Of a stretch of 35,277 nt of DNA, positions 27,804 to 35,277 are shown one piece after another. Numbering within the stretch: position 1 is the stretch's first letter; the number at the start of each line of letters is the position of its first letter. The translations under genes and the position numbers were made by a program. The notes under the pieces were generated by a model that was not told the DNA's origin, did not search any database, and worked only from the letters and a program-made list of their open reading frames with translations. Origin of the DNA: an uncultured delta proteobacterium. Its GTDB lineage: Bacteria; Desulfobacterota; Zymogenia; Zymogenales; Zymogenaceae. The DNA is taken from the NCBI GenBank assembly GCA_963792965.1, contig CAWBYW010000024.1, forward strand, positions 1 through 35,277, in the 5' to 3' direction.

Positions 27804-28151
27804 TTACCTGATCGCGCCCTTGAGGTACGCGAAAAGGAAGTACCAGCCGACGAAGGCAAGGAGAATGACGGCGGCGATGACGATCCCACGCACGGCCGGG
27901 TGGGCGGACCTGATGCGCGTGGCCGTACGCTCGCTTCTGTTCCCGATGACGACCAAGAGCGCCTCGGCGATGTAAAAGAGAAATTTGGCGGTGACAAACG
28001 TCAAGAGGAGCGCGATGACGAGCCTGAGCGACATCTGGGGATAGCGGTTGATGATCGGCGCGATCAGAAACGCCATGACGATCAGCGCCCCGATCGCCCC
28101 GATCGTGATAAGAAAGACGAAAAGCGCCCGAATGTTTTCGGAGATCTTCAT
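27804..28151 (-). CDS. Hypothetical 3-TM membrane protein
   Basis: MKISENIRALFVFL..., three hydrophobic stretches; ATGA overlap with the upstream stop. Confidence 0.7.
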   Translation of the reverse strand: MKISENIRALFVFLITIGAIGALIVMAFLIAPIINRYPQMSLRLVIALLLTFVTAKFLFYIAEALLVVIGNRSERTATRIRSAHPAVRGIVIAAVILLAFVGWYFLFAYLKGAIR

Positions 28152-29029
28152 GCGCTGTCGAGGAGCATCCTGGTCGCATCCCCGTCCAGTGGATCGACTG
28201 ACTTCTCGGACACGATCCATTGTTCCTCGTGGGAGACGGGGATGTCGGGATAAAAGGTCACCAGAGGCGAAAGCGTCTCGAGCTCCAGAAAATCCGCGCA
28301 CGTATAACATTGGACGGCACAGTCTTCGTCGGGGTAGGCGGCGGCCTTATGACGATCGAATTTCTTGATGAAGGTGTAGCCGCTCGCGGTCACACCGATA
28401 AACCCACCGTGGCCGGACGTCCCGACCTTTCCCTCCTCACCGCTCGGCCGTATGAGGAAGAGATCGCCCGTCGGGACGTACTGGGGGCTCTTAATGTTCG
28501 TCCCGTGATTCATCCATCTCTGCCAGTAGACGACCTTCTTCAGATCCCAGCCCGCCCCCGTCCCCCAGGGGAAAAAGACGGTCCCCGACGGCACGACGCA
28601 CGTGAGCGCCCAGATCGCGCCGTTGACCAGCGTATCGCTCCGATTGACAACGACATGCTCCACCAGAAAACCGCCCTTCTTTTCCGAGATATGGATCGAT
28701 TTTTCGAGCCCAAGCCGCCCGTCTCGCGCGGTTACGGTGATCTCGCTCTTCCCCGCGTCAACGCGGCACGCGTCGTTATCCGGGGCATAGGTATCGGCCG
28801 TCTCCGGGGCGATCCAGAGGCGATGGCCGCCGTAGAGGAGCCAGCCCCGGCCTCCCATTCGCCTTGTCTCATCGACGAACAGGATGTTGGGGCCCTCATC
28901 CACGGAGAGATGGAGGATCCGCGGGCCGAAGTCCGCGGTGACGACGAGCCGGTTTTGCCCGACCCGGCACTCGTACGAGTTCGGATTATTCAGATAGGGT
29001 ATTTTCTTGATGTCCATAGGGCGACGCAC
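28148..29029 (-). CDS. DUF4380-like / galactose-mutarotase-like beta-sandwich protein
   Basis: FGPRILHL, YGGHRLWIAPE...YAPDN, YPDEDC, FLELETLSPL and HEEQW. Confidence 0.75.
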   Translation of the reverse strand: MRRPMDIKKIPYLNNPNSYECRVGQNRLVVTADFGPRILHLSVDEGPNILFVDETRRMGGRGWLLYGGHRLWIAPETADTYAPDNDACRVDAGKSEITVTARDGRLGLEKSIHISEKKGGFLVEHVVVNRSDTLVNGAIWALTCVVPSGTVFFPWGTGAGWDLKKVVYWQRWMNHGTNIKSPQYVPTGDLFLIRPSGEEGKVGTSGHGGFIGVTASGYTFIKKFDRHKAAAYPDEDCAVQCYTCADFLELETLSPLVTFYPDIPVSHEEQWIVSEKSVDPLDGDATRMLLDSA

Positions 29030-29877
29030 TAACCTTTTCCGGATGCGCCGAAAAGATCAAGGTAGTATCCGCAGCGCTCCCGGTGGGCATCACGGGCGGC
29101 CTGGATAATACCGAGGTACGAGGCGCCCGCGCTATTTGCCGCCTCGACCATTTTTGTCGTCGAGGCCATCATGAGATCGGTGGCGATGTTGATCTTGCCG
29201 ATCCCCGCCTTGATCGTGTTACGGTATTGCCCTTCCGAGAGCCCGGTGCCGCCGTGGAGGGCAAGCGGTATATCGGTCTTTTTTCTGATCTCGGACAAGA
29301 GCTCTATGTCCAGATGAGGCTCCCCCTTATAGACCCCGTGGGCGGTGCCGATGGCCACCGCCAGGAAATCGCAGCCGGTCTCCTCGACGAATCCCCGGAC
29401 GGTTTGGGGGTCTGTGAACCCCTCCTTTCTCGCGCCGAACCGCGCGTAGTCGGACCCTTCGCCGACGTGCCCGAGCTCCGCCTCCAGCGCCGCGTCCGCG
29501 GCGTGGGCTGCGAGTGCCACCTTACGCGTCGCGGCGATATTTTCCCCGATCGGAAGTTTGGAGCCGTCGTACATCACGTCGGTGAAGCCAAGCGACAGCG
29601 CCTTTTCGCATTGGTCGGGGCTTGAGCCGTGGTCGAGCATCAGCGAGACGGGCATCGGCGAGCGCTCCGCCATAGCGCGGATAAAGGCAACATAGGCGGA
29701 TATGACGGGGAGCCCCAGGAGCGCGTCGTAGATTGCGACGATCGCGGGCGCCTTCTTTTCCTCGATGGCCGCAAACATGCCCTCGACGGCCGCCATCTCG
29801 AAGGCGTCGAAAAGGGGAACGGCAAAATGCTCGGCGGTCGCCTTCTTGAGTGTTTCCTTTATCGAGACCAGCGGCAT
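29029..29877 (-). CDS. Class II (Zn) ketose-phosphate aldolase, FBA/TBA family
   Basis: LDHG, VMYDGS, EAELGHVG, AIGTAHGVY, LHGGTG and KINIAT; likely start MPLVS at 29877. Confidence 0.92.
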   Translation of the reverse strand: MPLVSIKETLKKATAEHFAVPLFDAFEMAAVEGMFAAIEEKKAPAIVAIYDALLGLPVISAYVAFIRAMAERSPMPVSLMLDHGSSPDQCEKALSLGFTDVMYDGSKLPIGENIAATRKVALAAHAADAALEAELGHVGEGSDYARFGARKEGFTDPQTVRGFVEETGCDFLAVAIGTAHGVYKGEPHLDIELLSEIRKKTDIPLALHGGTGLSEGQYRNTIKAGIGKINIATDLMMASTTKMVEAANSAGASYLGIIQAARDAHRERCGYYLDLFGASGKG

Positions 29878-30066
29878 GGCGCTACCACGTATACAACAGG
29901 ATAAAGATCGAGACACAAGAACGCAAAACTCACGTACTAATCGTTCTCTTCTGAGACTTCGTGCCTGTGTGGCGTGCCTCTCTCTGAAAATGGGCTCGCC
30001 TGTCCTGAGGCGTCAGACCTCCCCCGGTACCCGAGGGGCGGTACGTCGTCTCGGAACGTCGGGCAC

Positions 30067-31002
30067 TTACGACTTCCACTGGACGCCGCGCTCTTTCAGG
30101 AACGCCACCACCTGGTCGTAGGTCGGGACCCGGTCGCCGGCAAGCTTCGTGCAGAGAAGCGCGGAGGCGGCCGACGCGAAGACCGCGGTCTTCTTGAGGT
30201 CCCATCCCTTCAAAAGCCCGAAGTAGTACGCCCCGTGGAAGACGTCTCCGGCGTTAGTGGTGTTGACGGCGGTAACGGGAAAGGCCGGCGTGTGGAAGTC
30301 GTCGTCCTTCGTGACGGTGATGGCACCCTTCACGCCCTGCGTCTCCACCACGAGCCGCGGCCCGAATGCCAGAGTCTTTTTCATCGCCGCCTTGAGGTCC
30401 GACTCTTTCGTGAGCGCCTGAGAAAATCCCGCGCCCGTAATCAGGATATCCGTCACCTTCACGAGCCGCTGAATCTCCGGGACCACCTCCATGCCGGTCG
30501 ACGAGCCGAGGTCGACGGCCACCTGCTTTCCCGCCGCCTTCATCATCTCGGCGGCCTTGATCGACGGCTCGAGGTAGAGGGCGTCCATGTGCAGGTATTC
30601 GGCGGAGGTGAGATAGTCTTTATCGATTTCTTCGGTGACCGGGGGATGTTCGATAAAGCGGGGGTTGGGCGCAAAGACGCGCTCTCCCGTCCCCTCGTGG
30701 ACGTAGACAAACGATACCTGACCCTCGGGCCGCTGCCTCACGATCATGTGGCTCGTATCGACGCCGAGGTTGGTGAGGTATTTCCGCTTGAGGTCGGCAA
30801 TCTCGTCGTTGCCGATGGTGCCGATAAATCCGGCGCTGGCACCCAAGCGCGCCGCGGCGCCGACGGCGGTTGCCGCCATCCCGCCGTTCTGAAACACGAA
30901 CTCACTCACCCACCCGCCGTACTCCCAGTTGGGCATGTCTTTCATCACCATGACCACGTCGAGGGTGGACAGTCCAAATCCGACGATATCGAGTTTTTTC
31001 AT
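30067..31002 (-). CDS. PfkB-family carbohydrate kinase (YihV/ketohexokinase-like subgroup)
   Basis: GGMAATAVGAAARLG...IGTIGND, ETQGVKG and NTTNAGDVFHGA. Confidence 0.9.
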   Translation of the reverse strand: MKKLDIVGFGLSTLDVVMVMKDMPNWEYGGWVSEFVFQNGGMAATAVGAAARLGASAGFIGTIGNDEIADLKRKYLTNLGVDTSHMIVRQRPEGQVSFVYVHEGTGERVFAPNPRFIEHPPVTEEIDKDYLTSAEYLHMDALYLEPSIKAAEMMKAAGKQVAVDLGSSTGMEVVPEIQRLVKVTDILITGAGFSQALTKESDLKAAMKKTLAFGPRLVVETQGVKGAITVTKDDDFHTPAFPVTAVNTTNAGDVFHGAYYFGLLKGWDLKKTAVFASAASALLCTKLAGDRVPTYDQVVAFLKERGVQWKS

Positions 31003-31035
31003 GGGCTTTGCTCCCGAGAGGTTTTCTATGAGGAA

Positions 31036-31064
31036 AGTGTAATAGGCGCCCCGCGATAAGTCAA
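31036..31064 (-). promoter_or_regulatory. Sigma70 promoter of the kinase operon
   Basis: TTGACT-N17-TACACT. Confidence 0.6.
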
Positions 31065-31094
31065 GGGAAAAGAAAAACGGTAAGCGGGCAGATC

Positions 31095-31120
31095 AAAAAA
31101 GGGCGCACTATTGTGCGCCC
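31095..31120 (-). terminator. Intrinsic terminator after rocD
   Basis: Minus strand GGGCGCAC-AATA-GTGCGCCC followed by TTTTTT. Confidence 0.85.
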
Positions 31121-31150
31121 CGCCGGGGAGACGGATGATGCTAAAATGAG

Positions 31151-32367
31151 CTAACTATCGGAGGTCAGCACCGGCTCGATTCTTTCCAGCGCCCAGTCGA
31201 TGTCGTCCTTCGTGACGACGAGCGGCGGGGCAAACCGTATAACGTTTTCGTGGGTCTCCTTGCACAAGAGCCCCTCCTTCATCAGCCTCTCGCAATACTT
31301 CCGCGCCCCGCCGGCCTCGGGATTGAGCTCCACGCCGATGAAGAGCCCCTTGCCCCTGACCTGTTTCACGGCGCCGCTCTTAATCGACCTGAGGTTATCC
31401 TGAAAATAGTCGCCCATCCGGGCGGAATTCTCGATCATCCCCTCCTCTATGAGGACCTTGAGCGCCGTCCGCGCCACCGCGCAGGCCAGGGGATTGCCCC
31501 CGAAGGTGCTCCCGTGGTCCCCCGGCATGAAGACGCCCAAGACGTCCGCGTTGGAGAGTATCGCCGACACCGGATAAAACCCGCCCGACAGCGCCTTGCC
31601 GATAAGGGTCACGTCGGCCTCGACCCCCTCGTGCTCCTCGGCGAGGAGCTTGCCCGTACGGCCGAGCCCCGTCTGGATCTCATCGGTGATCATGACGATG
31701 TTGTTCTTTGTGCAGATCTCGCGCACCTTCCTGAGGTAGCCCGCGGGGGGGATGATCACGCCCGCTTCCCCCTGGATCGGCTCGACGAGGAAGGCCACGG
31801 TGTTCTTCGTGACGGCGGCCTCAAGGGCTTTCGCGTCCCCGAAGGGGATAACGACAAACCCGGGGGTAAAGGGTGAAAACCCGTTTCTGTACTGCGGCTC
31901 GGTGGAAAAGCCGATGATGGTGATCGTCCTGCCGTGGAAGTTGTTTTCACAGACGATGACCTCCGCCTTTCCCTCGGGGATCCCCTTGGTCTTGTATCCC
32001 CACTTGCGGGCGGCCTTGATGGCCGTCTCCACCGCCTCGGCGCCACTGTTCATGGGCAGCACCATATGGGAGTTGGTCAGGGCGCACAGCTCCTCATAGA
32101 ACGGCCCGAGCTGGTCGTTGCGGAAGGCGCGGGAGGTGAGGGTGAGCTTCTGGGCCTGCTGGATCATGGTCTGCCAGGATCTTCGGATGGCAGTGCCCCT
32201 GGTTGACCGCCGAGTAGGCGGAAAGGCAGTCCATGTACTCTATTGCCGTCGACGTCCCAGACCCAGATTCCCTCTCCCCTCGTCAGGACGACGTCGAGCG
32301 GCTTATAGTTCTTGGCCCCGTATTTGTCCTCCAGGTCGATAAAGGAGCGGGTATTCATAGCCGTCAT
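31151..32367 (-). CDS. rocD: Ornithine--oxo-acid aminotransferase (two +1 frameshifts near 32175 and 32240)
   Basis: [27 protein letters not shown] (middle frame), [47 protein letters not shown] and [10 protein letters not shown]. Confidence 0.95.
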
Positions 32368-32458
32368 GTCCCTTTCGTTATGCCTTTGAGCGAGTCCGGC
32401 GCGTATCCTTCGACGACGCCCGCCTGCGTGATATGCCCACACAAAACGAAATGTAAGA

Positions 32459-32487
32459 AAGATACTGCCCACGGGTCGATAAGTCAA
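32459..32487 (-). promoter_or_regulatory. Putative sigma70 promoter of rocD
   Basis: TTGACT-N17-TATCTT. Confidence 0.55.
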
Positions 32488-32556
32488 GATAAAAATAGGG
32501 AGACACAAAAACCGTGCCTCCCCTTGACGAGCCCCCGTGCGTGGGCCTTGCCCGCG

Positions 32557-33569
32557 CTACGTCCTGCGGATGAACGCCACCGGTCTGATCTCCTCAAGGA
32601 CGAGGGCCTCGGACGGGCAGCTCAGGGCGCAGTTGCCGCACCCGAAGCATTTTCCTGTGTCGACGACGGCTACATCACCCATCGTGATCGCGTGCACCTG
32701 GCATCGATCCTCGCAGGCCCCGCAGCCCGTACATGCGCTCTCATCGTATTTCACGCGGAAGCGGGACGGCGCATAGGCTTCCCGAAAGCCGAGCTCGTTG
32801 ATCATAAACAGGCCCGTGCAGCAGCAGGAGCAGCAGTTGCACATGAACATGTCGTCCTTGACGTTGTTTCTGACCATGTGCATGAGCCCCGCGTCCTCGG
32901 CCTCCCCTATCCTCTTTAGCGCCTCGGCGTTGGTGAGCTTTTCGCCGATACCCCGGTCGATGATCGCCGCCGAAAAGGCGTTGGTCTGCATGCAGACGGC
33001 GGTGCTCGGCGCCGGGCAGTCTTTGCTTCTCCCCGGCCGCCTTGGCCTGGGCGCGGCAGGGGCAGGGGACCGCCGTGATGAGGGCGGCCTCCCGGAAGAT
33101 CTTTCGGGCCGAATCGACGTCGAGCACGCTGTTTTTCGGCGCCACCGTCTCTTCGATGGGCACGGTGCGGAGCATCGGCGGGATCTTGAGGTCCCTCAGG
33201 ATCGGCACGAGGGCCGGCATCTCCTGGCGGACAAGCCGCTCCCAGAGGAGGATAAGCTCTTTGGGGAAACCCGGATGCATCACCGTGGCGTCCCTCAGCT
33301 CGATCATGGCCGGGAAGAGCCGGTAGTTGTCTTTCTTGATGACGTGGTTGATGATGCCCCGATGCGTGAGGTCGGCCACCATCTCCCGTATCGTGCTTTC
33401 GGGAAAGCCGGTGCGCTGCTGCAAGCTCCCCCACCGTCCCGGGCAGGGCCGTGGCGAGCCTCCGCGCCTTTTCGTCGGCAAAGAGGATGGAAAGGATCTT
33501 CCCGAGGGTTTCCGACTCTCCGAAACCGAGCCTGGCGGCATAGGGCTTTAATTCTTCAGGTATCGACAT
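32557..33569 (-). CDS. Cys-rich 4Fe-4S protein with N-terminal HTH-like region (two +1 frameshifts near 33030 and 33420)
   Basis: AGGAGG RBS and MSIPEEL start, then CPCR...DC...VC, CNCCSCCC, and the two ferredoxin motifs CTGCGACEDRC and CFGCGNCALSCP. Confidence 0.88.
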
Positions 33570-33683
33570 GGGGACCTCCTGTTGGAATCTCGTCTCGTCC
33601 GCGAGACTCGATCCTCTTGTCCGAGCTCGAAAGGACGACCGGCGCATCAGCCTGACGAAGCAGTTCTTTTGATGGATGGACGA

Positions 33684-33711
33684 ATTATATACGACCGGCC
33701 GAATATGTCAA
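33684..33711 (-). promoter_or_regulatory. Sigma70 promoter of the Fe-S gene
   Basis: TTGACA-N16-TATAAT. Confidence 0.7.
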
Positions 33712-33798
33712 CAGTACATATCCCGGACGCCCTTTGCCCGCGGTGCAAGATGACGACGGCCCGCCACCACACAAGGACTCGATTCGGAAGAGACGGCG

Positions 33799-35185
33799 CT
33801 ACCTGAAGAGCTTCATAACCAACCGGTAGAAGCCCAGCGGCATCCGGTAGGGAAGGTAGCGCGGCTTAAGGTCAAACAGGAACGTCTGCTTCAACACGCT
33901 CTTGTAGTGGGTGAAGGTATCAAAGGAGGCCCTGCCGTGATAACTCCCCATCCCGCTGGCGCCGTTTCCGCCGAACGGGAGGTAGGGGGAGGTGATGTGG
34001 ATGAGCGTGTCGTTGATGCCCACCCCTCCCGACAGCGTTTCCCGCAGCACCTTGTTCTGCTTGGCTTTGCTGCGCGAGAAAAAGTAGAGCGAAAGCGGCC
34101 TCGGGCGGGCCCTGACGAAATCGATCGCCTCCTGGAGCGTATCGTATTCGATAATCGGAAGGACCGGGCCGAAGATCTCTTCCTTCATGACGGGGTGGTC
34201 CGGCGAGACCTTTTCGAGGATCGTCGGCGCGATGTATCGCTCGTCCTTTCTTGTCTGGCCGCCGACAAGCACGCGCCCTCCCTTCATGAGGCCCATGAGG
34301 CGGCTGAAGTGCCGGTCGTTTATGATACGCCCGTAGTCGGGGCTCCGATGCGGGTCGTCGCCATAGAATTCCGTGATGGTCTCCCTGATCCTGGACAGGA
34401 GCCTATCCTCTATCTTCCGGTTGACGAGCAGGTAATCCGGGGCGATGCAGGTCTGCCCGGCGTTGTAGTACTTCCCCCAGACGATCCGCCGGGCGGTCTG
34501 ATCGAGCTCTACGTCGTCCTCGACGATGCAGGGGCTCTTGCCGCCCAGCTCGAGGGTGACGGGAGTGGGCCCCTTGGCCGCCGCCTCCATAACGACCCTG
34601 CCGATCGCCGTCGATCCGGTATAGAAGATATAATCGAATTTCTCCTTCAAGAGCGCGCTCCCTATCTCCGGGCCGCCCTCCACACACGCGATATAGGCGG
34701 GGTCAAATGTCTCCCCGATGATCCTGGTGATAACGCGCGACGTATGCTCGGATATCTCGGAGGGCTTGAGCACCGCGGTGTCTCCCGCGGCGATGGCGCC
34801 CACGAGGGGCGACAACAACAGCTGGATCGGGTAATTCCACGGGGCGATGATAAGGGCAACCCCGTACGGCTCCGGATAGACGTAGCTTTTCGCGTATTTA
34901 TAGATGAGGGGGTTCTTCACCCGCCTCGGTTTGGCCCAGCGTTTGATGTGTCGTTTGGCAAAGCCGATATCGGCAAAGAGAAAACCCACTTCGGACGAAT
35001 ATGCCTCCGCCGGCGGCTTGTTGAGGTCGGACAAAAGCGCCCCGAGGATCTCGCCCTCATGTGTTCTGAGGGCAGCCTCCAGCTTTGTGAGCTGTTCAAG
35101 CCGAAACGAGACGTCCCTTGTCGCCCCGCTGGCAAAGAACTCGCGCTGTCTTCTTACCAACTCGGAAATCGGGCATCGGTTTCAT
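33799..35185 (-). CDS. Aldehyde dehydrogenase, ALDH3/YwdH-like (+1 frameshift near 35170)
   Basis: EPYGVALIIAPWNYP, LKPSE, FYTGS, LELGGKSP, NAGQTCIAPDY, EEIFGP and PFGG. The RBS-preceded ATG at 35185 is one base out of frame. Confidence 0.93.
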
Positions 35186-35277
35186 CTTTTTATCTCCCCG
35201 CCGCATCCGGCCTATAGTACCCTGGCGTATCAGCTCGGGCTTTCCCATAACAATTTCCCTTTTCGGTTTCATATTTC

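Noticed and set aside
11104-35185. Programmed frameshifting or phase variation at the broken genes
   Set aside because: No shared slippery sequence or long homopolymer/SSR at the sites, housekeeping-type genes are hit too, and a uniform +1 bias fits sequencing error.
29029-35185. Complete sulfoglycolysis (sulfo-EMP) locus
   Set aside because: No sulfoquinovosidase, isomerase or transporter is present, and the ALDH is ALDH3-like and separated by a terminator and other promoters.

Overview
Bacterial, GC-rich, gene-dense window. It appears to join two different source sequences at about nt 1640 and carries many single-base frameshifts that look like long-read errors. Nt 1-1640 hold a partial DUF302-like gene and two tandem, frameshifted cyclophilins. 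From about 1645 the sequence resembles an anaerobic diderm (Deltaproteobacteria/Desulfobacterota-like; inference). It starts with a 5'-truncated site-2 protease, scpA-scpB-rluB, an M24 peptidase, a LURP-one/scramblase-like gene and a DUF4157-like gene. About 28 kb of minus-strand genes follow. These include two envelope-spanning ABC operons: (i) TolC-HXXEE-TetR-HlyD-ATPase-four YbhS/YbhR-type permeases-ATPase, and (ii) membrane protein-DUF6713-wHTH regulator-LolA-like carrier-MBL hydrolase-three LolC/FtsX-type permeases-LolD-like ATPase-OM beta-barrel. Each has a clear sigma70 promoter with a palindromic operator at the start site. In both operons the extra middle permease is a hybrid, with the N-terminus of the downstream paralog and the body of the upstream paralog. 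The window also has an atypical PfkB kinase/class II aldolase/DUF4380-like operon, a 3-hydroxyacyl-CoA dehydrogenase, rocD, a Cys-rich HTH-ferredoxin protein and an aldehyde dehydrogenase. No rRNA, tRNA, CRISPR or IS element was recognised. Family assignments are from motif recognition, not database searches.
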